A stretch of 28,383 nucleotides of DNA, from UHGV virus genome UHGV-0136520. One strand, written 5' to 3'. The notes beneath the pieces were generated by a model that did no database searches, had not been told where the DNA came from, and saw only the letters and a program-made list of their open reading frames with translations. This document shows positions 15,391 to 25,422 of the stretch, piece by piece. The position numbers and the translations under genes are program-made. Every line of letters starts with the position of its first letter. The stretch's first letter is position 1. This DNA is from a virus.

Positions 15391-15594
15391 ATGAATATTA
15401 AAAAATACTGGTTTTTTTCATGGGTTGCTTATGACTCAGTAACGGGTGAAAAGTTACTTGAATATTCCGGTTCTGATACTTTCACCTCTGAGGAGGGAGT
15501 TAGTGCAGTTGAGGTTTTTGAGAGTTTAATGAGTGACTTTGAATCGAGAAGAGAAAATCTGAAAATACATTGCATTGCATTCAATCCTATCTAA
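15391..15594 (+). CDS. Small acidic hypothetical moron protein, 67 aa
   Basis: SD GGAGGGG precedes ATG 15391. AT-rich. Product MNIKKYWFFSWVAYDSVTGEKLLEYSGSDTFTSEEGVSAVEVFESLMSDFESRRENLKIHCIAFNPI. Followed directly by a terminator. Confidence 0.35.
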   Translation: MNIKKYWFFSWVAYDSVTGEKLLEYSGSDTFTSEEGVSAVEVFESLMSDFESRRENLKIHCIAFNPI

Positions 15595-15596
15595 AT

Positions 15597-15626
15597 AAAA
15601 AGCCTCGCGTATGTGGGGCTTTTTTA
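15597..15626 (+). terminator. Intrinsic terminator closing the AT-rich moron
   Basis: AAAAGCC, loop region TCGCGTATGTGG, GGCTTTTTT (stem AGCC/GGCT with flanking A/T pairs) followed by a T-run. Confidence 0.5.
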
Positions 15627-15738
15627 TGCGCATCGCACGCGCACATCAAAGAGAGTCTTTCAGTAGTGAGCCTGGGTAAACCGTTAACTCTTGGCGGCTT
15701 TGCCGTGCGAAAGGCTCACGTCTAAAAGGAAACCCCTC

Positions 15739-16398
15739 ATGAAATATTTATCGCTGCAGCAGGCAATGCTGGGCATGCGCGTAACAATGACCGACGACGG
15801 CCTGATTCTCAAAAGTCCTGCAGGTAGCGCACACTACGATTTAAAAGGTCGCCGCCATGCAGTTTGGGGTGATGCTTCTTTCTTCCCTGAACATCTACGT
15901 GTGAAAGATAAACGCAAACCGAAAGGTGGCCACGTCAGTTATGGCAATGGCGAAATCGTTGGCTATCGGACTGATGGTTCTATTGCCTGGCGAATGGGGA
16001 AGTTCGAAGAACCTACAAAAACGCCGAAGCCGAAGACCAGCAATGACAGCATCGATGTTAGCAAGATTCTTGACGATGCATGGAGAAGTGGTCGCCCTCT
16101 TGTCGGGGAGGCAGTTAACGATCTGGCTGAGGCTATAGCAAATGCCAGGGCATGCTCTCAAAGCTATCAGCAACATGCCTGCGGCGGTGAGACAACACCA
16201 TCTACCTATACCGTATCTATCGGTATTAACTGCAACAATGAAGCCCATACTTCTGGTATCGGTAGCAACATCTATAGCATTCTGAAAAATGCACTGGCGC
16301 GCGATAAAGCAATGCCTGATTTTGAAGAGACCATCCGTAAAGCCATCCAGAAAGAATGTCAGCCCGGTGGACTGATCTGGAATTCCCGCAGTCGTTAA
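15739..16398 (+). CDS. Hypothetical protein just upstream of cos, 219 aa
   Basis: ATG 15739 with AAAGGAAA upstream (the track's TTG start at 15691 lacks an SD). No motif I can place. Confidence 0.45.
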   Translation: MKYLSLQQAMLGMRVTMTDDGLILKSPAGSAHYDLKGRRHAVWGDASFFPEHLRVKDKRKPKGGHVSYGNGEIVGYRTDGSIAWRMGKFEEPTKTPKPKTSNDSIDVSKILDDAWRSGRPLVGEAVNDLAEAIANARACSQSYQQHACGGETTPSTYTVSIGINCNNEAHTSGIGSNIYSILKNALARDKAMPDFEETIRKAIQKECQPGGLIWNSRSR

Positions 16399-16462
16399 TT
16401 TTTACGTGTAAATGGTAACTATTATCGTTTGCGGGTCCTTTCCGGCATATCGGCGCGCTACG

Positions 16463-16474
16463 GGGCGGCGACCT
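16463..16474. other. cos: cosN (12-nt cohesive-end site, lambda type)
   Basis: Sequence GGGCGGCGACCT in the context ACG-GGGCGGCGACCT-CGC matches the lambda cohesive end as I recall it, and sits about 180 bp upstream of the Nu1 start as in lambda. Confidence 0.7.
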
Positions 16475-16640
16475 CGCAGATTCTCGCTATTTATGAAAAT
16501 TTTCTGGCATTTGCCGTTTCCGTTCTTCTTCTCGCTAATTCATTGTTTTAACTGCAAACACCCCTGAAAAGAAAGGAAACGATAAGCCTTAAAAACGGCT
16601 AAATAACTAGAGGGCGTTTCCTTTCTCTGTTTTCGTGCAT
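16475..16640. promoter_or_regulatory. cosB (terminase small-subunit binding elements R3, R2, R1)
   Basis: Lambda-like R elements: CGTTTCCGTTCTTCTTC (16514-16530), GAAAGGAAACGA (16571-16582), CGTTTCCTTTCTC (16615-16627). Confidence 0.6.
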
Positions 16641-16650
16641 GGAGTGAGCT

Positions 16651-17196
16651 ATGGAGGTCAACAAAAAGCGTCTTTCTGAAATATTTGGGGTCAGCGTGCG
16701 AACCATTCAGAACTGGCAGGATCAGGGAATGCCTGTAGCACGTGGTGGCGGAAAAGGTAATGAGGTCCTCTATGAATCTTCCGCGGCTATTGAATGGTAT
16801 TCCGCACGCGACGCGGCGATTGAGAATGAGAAATTACGCAAGGAGGTGGAAGACCTTCGTCTTGCATCGGAATCCGACCTCCAGCCAGGTACGATTGACT
16901 ATGAGCGTCACCGCCTTACCCGGGCGCAGGCAGACGCCCAGGAACTAAAAAATGCAAAAGATTCCGCTGAGGTGGTGGAAACCGCATTCTGCACGTTCGT
17001 GCTGTCGCGGATGGCCGGAGAAGTAGCCAGCATTCTTGATGGAGTTCCTCTGTCGGTTCAGCGGCGCTTCCCGGAGCTGGAAAACCGACATATTGATTTC
17101 CTCAAGAAGGACATCATTAAGGCCATGAACAAAGCAGCTGCGCTGGATGAAATAATACCGGGGTTGCTGAGTGAATATATCGAACAGTCAGGTTAA
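16651..17196 (+). CDS. nu1: Terminase small subunit (lambda Nu1-like), 181 aa
   Basis: N-terminus MEVNKKRLSEIFGVSVRTIQNWQDQGMPV and the rest closely match my recollection of lambda gpNu1. Same length as lambda Nu1. Confidence 0.9.
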   Translation: MEVNKKRLSEIFGVSVRTIQNWQDQGMPVARGGGKGNEVLYESSAAIEWYSARDAAIENEKLRKEVEDLRLASESDLQPGTIDYERHRLTRAQADAQELKNAKDSAEVVETAFCTFVLSRMAGEVASILDGVPLSVQRRFPELENRHIDFLKKDIIKAMNKAAALDEIIPGLLSEYIEQSG

Positions 17197-19093
17197 GGGG
17201 CTGCAGCACTCTGCGCGCGCAGGGCTACTTTCGCTGTACCGGCCTGAGCCGCAAACGGCGGTTGAATGGGCAGACGATAATTACTATCTCCCCAAAGAGT
17301 CGGCCTATCAGGAAGGGCGCTGGGAAACGTTGCCGTTTCAACGCGCGATCATGAATGCGATGGGTAACGACTACATTCGTGAAGTTAACGTTGTTAAGTC
17401 TGCCCGTGTTGGCTATTCAAAAATGTTGCTGGGTGTTTATGCGTATTTTATTCAGCACAAGCAGCGAAATTCCCTTATCTGGCTGCCCACTGATGGTGAC
17501 GCCGAAAACTTCATGAAGTCGCATGTTGAGCCGACGATTCGCGATATTCCGTCACTTCTGGCGCTGGCCCCCTGGTATGGCAAAAAGCACCGGGACAATA
17601 CGCTCAGCATGAAACGCTTCTCCAACGGTCGCGGGTTCTGGTGTCTGGGTGGTAAGGCGGCGAAAAACTATCGTGAAAAGTCAGTGGATGTTGCCGGCTA
17701 TGACGAACTCGCTGCTTTTGATGAGGATATTGAGAAAGAGGGTTCCCCGACGTTTCTCGGTGATAAACGTATTGAGGGCTCTGTCTGGCCCAAATCTATT
17801 CGCGGATCAACGCCAAAAACAAAGGGAACCTGCCAGATTGAGCGTGCTGCCAGCGAGTCCGGGCATTTCATGCGTTTTCATGTTGCCTGTCCGCACTGTG
17901 GTGAAGAGCAGTACCTTAAGTTCGGCGACAAAGAGACCCCGTTCGGGTTCAAATGGACACCGGGCGAACCTTCCAGCGTCTTTTACCTGTGCGAACATAA
18001 TGCCTGCGTCATTAAGCAGCAGGAGCTGGATTTCACTGAAGCTCGTTACATCTGCGACACCACCGGGATCTGGACGCGCGACGGTTTATCCTGGTTTTCA
18101 TCAACAGGCACCGAAATCGACCCGCCAGACAGCGTGACGTTTCACATCTGGACGGCATACAGCCCGTTTACCACCTGGGTACAGATCGTTAAAGACTGGC
18201 TAAAAACGAAAGGGGATACCGGAAAGCGTAAAACCTTCGTTAACACCACTCTGGGCGAAACATGGGAGCCTAAAATTGGTGAACGGCCTGACGCGGAGAT
18301 CATGGCCGAACGTAAAGAGTTTTTCGGGGCATCCGTACCGGATCGTGTTGCTTATCTGACAGCCGGGATTGACTCCCAGCTGGATCGATATGAAATGCGC
18401 GTCTGGGGATGGGGGCCCGGTGAGGAAAGCTGGCTGATTGACCGGCAGATCATTATGGGCCGTCATGATGATGAAGCTACTCTCGTCAGGGTGGACGAGG
18501 CGATTAACAAAACCTACCCCCGAAAGAATGGCGTGGAAATGTCGGTATCCCGTATCTGCTGGGATATCGGCGGTATTGACCCCACAATTGTCTACAATCG
18601 CTCAAAAAAGCATGGTCTGTTTCGCGTGATCCCGATTAAAGGGGCTTCCGTTTACGGTAAGCCTGTGGCGAATATGCCGCGTAAACGCAACAAGAACGGC
18701 GTTTATCTGACGGAAGTGGGTACAGATACCGCAAAGGAGCAGATTTATAACCGCTTCACACTTCAGCCGGAAGGGAGTGAACCTCTTGCCGGTGCCGTGC
18801 ATTTTCCCAATAACCCAGAAATTTACGATCTGGCTGAGGCACAGCAGCTTACTGCTGAGGAGCAGGTTGAAAAATGGGTGGACGGGCGTAAGAAAATCGT
18901 CTGGGACAGCAAAAAGCGACGAAATGAGGCGCTGGACTGCTTCGTGTACGCGCTGGCTGCCCTGCGGATCAGTATTTCGCGATGGCAACTGAATCTTGAT
19001 TCACTGCTCGCAAGCCTGCTGGAGGAAGAGGGGAACCGGACCAATAACAAAACCCTGGCTGATTATGCCAGGGCATTATCTGGAGATGAATAA
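17171..19093 (+). CDS. A: Terminase large subunit (lambda gpA-like), 640 aa
   Basis: Overlaps the nu1 3' end as in lambda. Length and synteny match lambda gpA (641 aa). Confidence 0.9.
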   Translation: MNISNSQVKGLQHSARAGLLSLYRPEPQTAVEWADDNYYLPKESAYQEGRWETLPFQRAIMNAMGNDYIREVNVVKSARVGYSKMLLGVYAYFIQHKQRNSLIWLPTDGDAENFMKSHVEPTIRDIPSLLALAPWYGKKHRDNTLSMKRFSNGRGFWCLGGKAAKNYREKSVDVAGYDELAAFDEDIEKEGSPTFLGDKRIEGSVWPKSIRGSTPKTKGTCQIERAASESGHFMRFHVACPHCGEEQYLKFGDKETPFGFKWTPGEPSSVFYLCEHNACVIKQQELDFTEARYICDTTGIWTRDGLSWFSSTGTEIDPPDSVTFHIWTAYSPFTTWVQIVKDWLKTKGDTGKRKTFVNTTLGETWEPKIGERPDAEIMAERKEFFGASVPDRVAYLTAGIDSQLDRYEMRVWGWGPGEESWLIDRQIIMGRHDDEATLVRVDEAINKTYPRKNGVEMSVSRICWDIGGIDPTIVYNRSKKHGLFRVIPIKGASVYGKPVANMPRKRNKNGVYLTEVGTDTAKEQIYNRFTLQPEGSEPLAGAVHFPNNPEIYDLAEAQQLTAEEQVEKWVDGRKKIVWDSKKRRNEALDCFVYALAALRISISRWQLNLDSLLASLLEEEGNRTNNKTLADYARALSGDE

Positions 19094-19299
19094 TGGCGAC
19101 ACAGACTGATCTGGATGCCGCCCGCGCTGCGTTGCACGATCTCATGATGGGAAAGCGGGTGGCAACGGTGCAAAAAGACGGCCGGCGGGTTGAGTTTACC
19201 GCGACCTCCGTCAGTGACCTGAAAAAATACATTGCCGAACTTGAGTCACAGGTTGGCACCACTCCACGACGCCGGGGACCGGCAGGATTTTACGCATGA
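19093..19299 (+). CDS. W: Head-tail joining protein (lambda gpW-like), 68 aa
   Basis: Sequence ([43 protein letters not shown]) closely matches lambda gpW as I recall it. Confidence 0.85.
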   Translation: MATQTDLDAARAALHDLMMGKRVATVQKDGRRVEFTATSVSDLKKYIAELESQVGTTPRRRGPAGFYA

Positions 19300-20888
19300 A
19301 AACACCTGCTTTGTTAGGACCGGACGGTAAAACCGCTCTACGGGATTATGCCGGATATCATGGCGGTGCTGGTGGCTTTGGCGGTCAGCTCCGCGCCTGG
19401 AATCCACCGAGTGAAAGCGCAGATGCTGCGTTATTGCCTAATTTTTCCCGTGGTAACGCGCGCGCTGACGATCTGGTCCGCAATAACGGCTATGCGGCAA
19501 ACGCGGTACAGCTCCATCAGGACCACATTGTCGGGTCGTTTTTCCGGCTCAGTTATCGGCCCAGCTGGCGTTTTCTTGGCATTGGGGAGGAAGAGGCCCG
19601 GGCGTTCTCCCGTGAAGTTGAGGCGGCCTGGAAAGAATTTGCGGAGGATGATTGCTGCTGCATTGATGCGGAACGTAAGCGTACATTCACCATGATGATC
19701 CGCGAGGGTGTTTCCATGCATGCGTTTAACGGTGAGTTATGTGCACAGGCCACCTGGGACAGTGATTCCACGCGTCTTTTCCGCACACAGTTCAAAATGG
19801 TGAGCCCAAAACGCATCAGCAACCCCAATAACGCCGGAGACACGCGAAACTGTCGGGCAGGTGTCAGAACAAATGACAGTGGCGCCGCGCTGGGATATTA
19901 CGTCAGCGAGGATGGCTATCCGGGGTGGATGGCGCAGAAGTGGACCTATATCCCGCGTGAACTGCCCGGCGGGCGGCCTTCCTTTATCCACGTGTTTGAA
20001 CCCCTGGAAGATGGGCAGACACGCGGTGCCAACGTGTTTTACAGCGTCATGGAGCAAATGAAAATGCTCGATACGCTGCAGAATACGCAGCTCCAGAGCG
20101 CGATTGTCAAGGCGATGTATGCCGCCACGATTGAAAGTGAGCTGGATACGCAAACCGCGATGGACTTTATTCTCGGCTCAGACAGTAAAGAGCAGCAAAG
20201 CAAGATGACTGGCTGGCTGGGGGAGATGGCCTCGTACTATACCGCGGCGCCGGTTCGTCTCGGGGGCGCGAAGGTGCCGCATCTGATGCCGGGCGACTCC
20301 CTGAATCTTCAGTCAGCGCAGGACACTGACAACGGCTATTCGACGTTTGAACAATCTCTGTTGCGCTACATTGCTGCAGGGCTGGGGGTGTCGTATGAGC
20401 AACTCTCTCGCAACTATTCGCAGATGAGTTATTCCACCGCCCGCGCCAGTGCTAACGAGTCCTGGGCGTACTTTATGGGGCGTCGCAAATTTGTTGCCTC
20501 CCGCCAGGCCTGTCAGATGTTTTTATGCTGGCTGGAAGAGGCCATTGTCCGCCGCGTGGTGACATTGCCGTCTAAAGCCCGGTTCAGTTTTCAGGAGGCG
20601 AGAAGCGCCTGGGGAAATGCTGACTGGATCGGCTCCGGGCGAATGGCCATTGACGGACTGAAGGAGGTGCAGGAGGCAGTCATGCTCATTGAGGCGGGGC
20701 TGAGCACCTATGAGAAGGAATGCGCCAAACGCGGGGAAGACTATCAGGAAATCTTTGCCCAGCAGGTTCGTGAAACGATGGAGCGTCGTGCTGCGGGCCT
20801 TAAACCGCCAGCGTGGGCGGCTTCGGCCTTTGAGTCTGGACTGAAAAAATCGAATGAGGAGGGGACAGATGACGCCAGAGCTGCGTAA
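19296..20888 (+). CDS. B: Portal protein (lambda gpB-like), 530 aa
   Basis: Long stretches match lambda gpB as I recall it (for example [25 protein letters not shown] and the [12 protein letters not shown] region). Confidence 0.9.
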   Translation: MKTPALLGPDGKTALRDYAGYHGGAGGFGGQLRAWNPPSESADAALLPNFSRGNARADDLVRNNGYAANAVQLHQDHIVGSFFRLSYRPSWRFLGIGEEEARAFSREVEAAWKEFAEDDCCCIDAERKRTFTMMIREGVSMHAFNGELCAQATWDSDSTRLFRTQFKMVSPKRISNPNNAGDTRNCRAGVRTNDSGAALGYYVSEDGYPGWMAQKWTYIPRELPGGRPSFIHVFEPLEDGQTRGANVFYSVMEQMKMLDTLQNTQLQSAIVKAMYAATIESELDTQTAMDFILGSDSKEQQSKMTGWLGEMASYYTAAPVRLGGAKVPHLMPGDSLNLQSAQDTDNGYSTFEQSLLRYIAAGLGVSYEQLSRNYSQMSYSTARASANESWAYFMGRRKFVASRQACQMFLCWLEEAIVRRVVTLPSKARFSFQEARSAWGNADWIGSGRMAIDGLKEVQEAVMLIEAGLSTYEKECAKRGEDYQEIFAQQVRETMERRAAGLKPPAWAASAFESGLKKSNEEGTDDARAA

Positions 20889-22206
20889 TCTCCCGCACAT
20901 TGCCAGTATGGCTTTCAATGAGCCGCTTTTACTTGAACCCGCCTATGCGCGGGTTTTCTTTTGTGCTCTCGCTGGTCAGTTAGGTATCACCCGTCTGACC
21001 GATACCGTGTCGGGCGTGACGCTTGGCGCAGAGCAGATGGCTGAACCGCTGGCACTCTTTGGTGATGATGAGGACATGGGACCAAAGCCGGCGCGAAGCT
21101 ACCAGGTCACTGATGGTATCGCGGTGCTGCCTGTTTCCGGGACGCTGGTCAGTAAAACCCGCTCACTTCAGCCGTATTCGGGGATGACGGGGTACAACGG
21201 CATCATCGCCCGCCTCCAGCAGGCAATCAGCGATCCGGGTGTAGACGGCATTCTTCTTGATATGGATACGCCAGGTGGAATGGTGGCGGGTGCCTTTGAC
21301 TGCGCGGACATCATCGCCCGTATGCGGGATACCAAACCCATCTGGGCGTTAGCCAACGATATGAACTGCAGCGCTGGCCAGCTGATTGCCAGTGCGGCAT
21401 CACGTCGGCTTGTGACGCAGACGGCCAGAACGGGATCTATCGGGGTCATGATGGCCCACAGCAATTACGGCGCCGCCCTTAAAACCAGCGGCGTTGAGGT
21501 CACGTTGATTTACAGCGGCGATCACAAGGTGGACGGGAACCCCTACGAGAAATTACCCAAAGAGGTACGCGCAGATTTTCAGGCGCGTATTGACGCTACC
21601 CGGCAGATGTTCGCTGAAAAGGTGGCAGGTTATACCGGCATGTCGGTACAGGCCGTTCTTGATACTGAAGCCGCTGTGTTTTCAGGCCAGGAATCAGTAG
21701 ACAACGGCCTGGCGGAGCAGCTGGTCAACAACATGGATGCGCTGAACGTTATGCGCGATGCAATTAACAAACGAACGATGATTTCCCGAGGAGGAAGCAT
21801 GAAAGGTACTACTGCATCCGCAGATACCACTCAACCAGCAGCATCTGCTGACCAGACCGTGACCACCGTTGACGTGCCTGCTGCGGTCGTTACTGACCCT
21901 GCAGCGGGTGCAACTGTTGATATCAGCAGCCAGCTGGCAGCGGCGGTCGCAGCCGAAAACGGTCGCATTATGGGGATCCTGAACTGTGAAGAGGCGAAAG
22001 GGCGTGAATCACAGGCGCGCGCGCTGGCGGAAACGCCAGGGATGACGGTGGAAAGTGCCCAGCGCATCCTTGCCGCGGCTCCTCAGAGTGCCCAGGCGCG
22101 TACGGATACCGCGCTGGATCGTCTGATGGAAACCGCACCCGGCACCGTAACGGCAGGTAGCGCTTCTGCCAAAGCGGGTGACGATTTGTTAAATACGCCT
22201 GTTTAA
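20869..22206 (+). CDS. C: Prohead protease/scaffold (lambda gpC-like, S49/ClpP-type; Nu3-like scaffold expected nested in frame), 445 aa
   Basis: Start [31 protein letters not shown] matches lambda gpC as I recall it. SD GAGGAGG upstream of ATG 20869. Confidence 0.85.
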   Translation: MTPELRNLPHIASMAFNEPLLLEPAYARVFFCALAGQLGITRLTDTVSGVTLGAEQMAEPLALFGDDEDMGPKPARSYQVTDGIAVLPVSGTLVSKTRSLQPYSGMTGYNGIIARLQQAISDPGVDGILLDMDTPGGMVAGAFDCADIIARMRDTKPIWALANDMNCSAGQLIASAASRRLVTQTARTGSIGVMMAHSNYGAALKTSGVEVTLIYSGDHKVDGNPYEKLPKEVRADFQARIDATRQMFAEKVAGYTGMSVQAVLDTEAAVFSGQESVDNGLAEQLVNNMDALNVMRDAINKRTMISRGGSMKGTTASADTTQPAASADQTVTTVDVPAAVVTDPAAGATVDISSQLAAAVAAENGRIMGILNCEEAKGRESQARALAETPGMTVESAQRILAAAPQSAQARTDTALDRLMETAPGTVTAGSASAKAGDDLLNTPV

Positions 22207-22215
22207 GAGGTCAAC

Positions 22216-22548
22216 ATGTCTAACACTGAACAATTTACGCACAATCAGCCCCTCGGGAACAGTGATCCGGCGCATACCGGTTTTGCACCTGGTGAACTGA
22301 CGAAAGCAGTACCGGCGATGACGCCCCTGATGCTGGATGCCACTTCCGGCAAGCTGACCGTCTGGGATGGCCAGCATGCTGGGTCTGCCTGTGGCGTTCT
22401 GGCGGTGTCTGCCGACCAGAGCAGCACTGAGCTGGCATTCTATAAGTCCGGCTCTTTCCGTATTGAAGATGTGCTCTGGCCGGATGCGGTGACGGATGAA
22501 CACATCAAACGCAACGCATTCGCAGGTACAGCCATCAGTATCGTCTGA
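22216..22548 (+). CDS. D: Head decoration protein (lambda gpD-like), 110 aa
   Basis: Matches lambda gpD as I recall it (NSDPAHT...[10 protein letters not shown]...[13 protein letters not shown]...[10 protein letters not shown]). Same length. Confidence 0.9.
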   Translation: MSNTEQFTHNQPLGNSDPAHTGFAPGELTKAVPAMTPLMLDATSGKLTVWDGQHAGSACGVLAVSADQSSTELAFYKSGSFRIEDVLWPDAVTDEHIKRNAFAGTAISIV

Positions 22549-22580
22549 CATCCGACTTAATACTAACCATCATCCACAGA

Positions 22581-22602
22581 AGCCGCCATCGCGGCTTTTT
22601 TT
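22581..22602 (+). terminator. Terminator-like hairpin with U-run between D and E (possible attenuator)
   Basis: AGCCGC, loop CATC, GCGGCT followed by TTTTTT, sitting in the short D-E spacer. Confidence 0.4.
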
Positions 22603-22615
22603 ACAGGAAACATCT

Positions 22616-23641
22616 ATGTCAACTTACACAACGGCCCAACTGCTGGCGGTCAATGAGAAGAAATTCAAGTTCGATCCGCTTTTCCTGCGTATCTTCTTCC
22701 GTGAAAGCTATCCCTTCAGCACCGAGAAGGTGTATCTGTCGCAAATCCCGGGCATGGTCAACATGGCGCTGTATGTCTCGCCTGTTATTTCCGGCAAGGT
22801 TATCCGCTCCCGCGGCGGCGCAACGTCAGAGTTTACGCCGGGTTACGTCAAACCCAAGCACGAGGTAAATCCACAGATGACGCTGCGTCGCCTGCCGGAT
22901 GAAGATCCGCAAAATCTGGCTGACCCGGCCTACCGCCGCCGTCGCATTATCCTGCAGAACATGAAGGATGAGGAGCTGGCGATTGCCCAGGTGGAAGAGA
23001 AACAGGCGGTGGCTGCTGTCCTCAACGGTAAATACACCATGACCGGCGAAGCGTTTGAACCGGTTGAGGTGGATATGGGACGCAGTGCCGGAAACAACAT
23101 CATCCAGGCAGGCGCTGCGGCATGGAGCACCCGCGACAAAGAAACCTATGACCCCACTGACGATATTGAAACCTATGCGCTGAACGCCAGCGGCGTGGTC
23201 AATATTATCGTCTTTGATCCGAAGGGCTGGGCGTTGTTCCGTTCATTCAAAGCGGTAAAAGAGAAGCTTGACACCCGTCGCGGTTCTAACTCTGAACTGG
23301 AAACGGCGCTGAAAGATCTGGGTGAAGCGGTCTCCTATAAGGGAATGTATGGCGATGTGGCCATTGTCGTTTACTCCGGGCAATACATTGAAGACGACAC
23401 CAAAAAGAACTACCTGCCGGATTTGAGCATGGTGCTGGGTAATACCCAGGCGCGCGGCTTGCGCACCTACGGCTGCATTCAGGATGTGGATGCCCAGCGT
23501 GAAGGCATTAATGCTTCCACGCGTTATCCGAAAAACTGGGTACAGACAGGCGATCCGGCGCGTGAGTTCACCATGATCCAGTCTGCACCACTGATGCTGC
23601 TGGCTGACCCGGATGCGTTCGTGTCTGTCAAACTCGCCTGA
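22616..23641 (+). CDS. E: Major capsid protein (lambda gpE-like), 341 aa
   Basis: MSTYTTAQLLAVNEKKFKFDPLFLRIFFRESYPF and most of the remainder match lambda gpE as I recall it. Same length (341 aa). ATG 22616 chosen over the track's upstream start. Confidence 0.9.
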   Translation: MSTYTTAQLLAVNEKKFKFDPLFLRIFFRESYPFSTEKVYLSQIPGMVNMALYVSPVISGKVIRSRGGATSEFTPGYVKPKHEVNPQMTLRRLPDEDPQNLADPAYRRRRIILQNMKDEELAIAQVEEKQAVAAVLNGKYTMTGEAFEPVEVDMGRSAGNNIIQAGAAAWSTRDKETYDPTDDIETYALNASGVVNIIVFDPKGWALFRSFKAVKEKLDTRRGSNSELETALKDLGEAVSYKGMYGDVAIVVYSGQYIEDDTKKNYLPDLSMVLGNTQARGLRTYGCIQDVDAQREGINASTRYPKNWVQTGDPAREFTMIQSAPLMLLADPDAFVSVKLA

Positions 23642-23686
23642 TGTCCATTCTGTGGCCCTGCGGGGCCCTGCTCCGGAGTTGTTCTT

Positions 23687-24091
23687 ATGACTGAAAAAGA
23701 AAAGTTGATTGCGCGGCTTAATGAACTTGGCGCGCAGCTTGATCGGGAAGTGAATACCAGTGGCACCATTCAGGAGCTCTCTATGCGCATTGCAGAGCTG
23801 GAGGAAGAACTGAATGACGGCACGGATACCGATAGTGTTGAAAATGGTGGCGTGAGTGATGGTAGTGCATCCACCGGCGCCGTAGAACCCGTGCCGCCAG
23901 TGGATACTGTGTTAAGCGGTAGAACAGATGACGCGCTGATGGCCGTCGAAGCGCTGGCCACGCTGCACATTGAGGCGCTGCACGCGACCCGCGATGAACG
24001 GGTATCTATTGTCGAGGCGGGGACCGTGATCCGCGTGAAAGAAGCGGATGCGGACAGTCTGGTTGCACTCGGACTGGTCCGCGAGCACTAA
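23687..24091 (+). CDS. FI: DNA packaging/head completion protein (lambda gpFI-like), 134 aa
   Basis: Position and similarity to lambda FI (LIARL..LG.QL ... LHATRDE motif region). Confidence 0.8.
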   Translation: MTEKEKLIARLNELGAQLDREVNTSGTIQELSMRIAELEEELNDGTDTDSVENGGVSDGSASTGAVEPVPPVDTVLSGRTDDALMAVEALATLHIEALHATRDERVSIVEAGTVIRVKEADADSLVALGLVREH

Positions 24092-24102
24092 CAGGGGGCT
24101 GT

Positions 24103-24456
24103 GTGGCTGATTTCGATAACCTTTTTGATGCTGCAATAACACAGGCCGATGACACTATTCGGCAGGTTATGGGGACTTCTGCAACGGTAACGTCCGGCGC
24201 GATTTCTGGCGTCACGTTGAGTGGTGTTTTCGATGATCCGGAAAATATCGGTTACGCCACACCCGGCATCCGTGTCGAGGGGACCAGCCCGTCGCTGTTT
24301 GTGAAATCAGCAATGATTGGGCAACTGGCGCGGCTGGACACGCTGGATATTAACGGAAAGCCTTTCTGGGTTGATCGTATTGGTCCTGATGACTGTGGAT
24401 CCTGCCATGTCTGGCTCGGTACGGGTTCTCCCCCCGCAGCGACCCGGCGCCGGTAA
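24103..24456 (+). CDS. FII: Head-tail connector (lambda gpFII-like), 117 aa
   Basis: MADFDNLFDAAI...GVFDDPENI...FWVDRIGPDD matches lambda FII as I recall it. GTG start. Confidence 0.85.
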   Translation: MADFDNLFDAAITQADDTIRQVMGTSATVTSGAISGVTLSGVFDDPENIGYATPGIRVEGTSPSLFVKSAMIGQLARLDTLDINGKPFWVDRIGPDDCGSCHVWLGTGSPPAATRRR

Positions 24457-24465
24457 GGGGAAACT

Positions 24466-25020
24466 ATGTCTTTAAAAGGGCTTGAACAGGCTATAGCAAA
24501 CCTGAACAGCATCAGCAATACGGCGGTTCCGCGGGCCTCGGCGCAGGCTGTTAACCGTGTCGCCACCCGGGCAGTCAGCCGAAGCGTTGCCGTTGTCTCG
24601 AAAGATACTCGGGTGCCACGCAAGCTGGTAAAACAACGCGCGAGGATAAAACGCGCCACGGCGAAAAATCCGATGGCAATGATTCGCGTGAACCGGGGCA
24701 ACCTGCCCGCGATAAAGCTGGGTACCGCCAGCGTACGGTTATCCCGCAGAAAACGGGATAAAAAAGGGGCCAATAGTGTGTTGCGTATTGGCCCTTTTCG
24801 TTTCCCCGGTGCCTTTATTCAACAACTGGAAAATGGCCGCTGGCATGTGATGCGAAGGACATCCAGACCCCGCTATCCGATCGAAGTGGTCAGCATTCCA
24901 CTGGCAGCGCCACTGACGACCGCATTTAAAGATGAGCTGCCGAAGCTAATGGAATCGGATATGCCTAAAGAACTTCGGGCATCCCTTAAAAACCAACTCA
25001 GGCTGATTCTGAAACGATGA
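24466..25020 (+). CDS. Z: Minor tail protein (lambda gpZ-like), 184 aa
   Basis: Synteny and similarity to lambda Z. Confidence 0.85.
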   Translation: MSLKGLEQAIANLNSISNTAVPRASAQAVNRVATRAVSRSVAVVSKDTRVPRKLVKQRARIKRATAKNPMAMIRVNRGNLPAIKLGTASVRLSRRKRDKKGANSVLRIGPFRFPGAFIQQLENGRWHVMRRTSRPRYPIEVVSIPLAAPLTTAFKDELPKLMESDMPKELRASLKNQLRLILKR

Positions 25021-25415
25021 AACACACTGATATTAGAAAGGCGATTATTGATTCGCTGGAGAGCCATATTGGTAAAGACGCACTCTATTTTGACGGACGT
25101 CCAGCGGTACTGGAGGAGGGGGATTTTCCGGCGGTCGCTGTCTTCCTGACGGATGCCGGGTATACCGGCGAAGAACTGGATGCTGATATCTGGCAGGCCA
25201 CGCTGCATATCGAAATCTTTTTACCAGCGCAGGTACCAGATTCCGAGCTCGATGACTGGATGGAGTCACGTATTTATCCGGTGCTTGGCAATGTGCCAGG
25301 ACTTTCCCTGCTGATCAATAACATGGTGCAGCAAGGGTATGACTACCAGCGCGATGATGATCTTGGGCTGTGGAGTTCGGCTGATCTGAAATATTCCATT
25401 ACCTACGAAATGTGA
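25017..25415 (+). CDS. U: Tail terminator protein (lambda gpU-like), 132 aa
   Basis: FDGRPAVLEEGDFPAVAVFLT...LPAQVPDSELDDWMESRIYPV matches lambda U as I recall it. Confidence 0.85.
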   Translation: MKHTDIRKAIIDSLESHIGKDALYFDGRPAVLEEGDFPAVAVFLTDAGYTGEELDADIWQATLHIEIFLPAQVPDSELDDWMESRIYPVLGNVPGLSLLINNMVQQGYDYQRDDDLGLWSSADLKYSITYEM

Positions 25416-25422
25416 GGACGTA

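Noticed and set aside
20523-20918. 131-aa minus-strand ORF
   Set aside because: It is antisense to the 3' end of the portal gene and the start of the gpC-like gene.
24252-24773. 173-aa minus-strand ORF
   Set aside because: It is antisense to the FII/Z-like genes. The product is low-complexity and Arg/Ala-rich.
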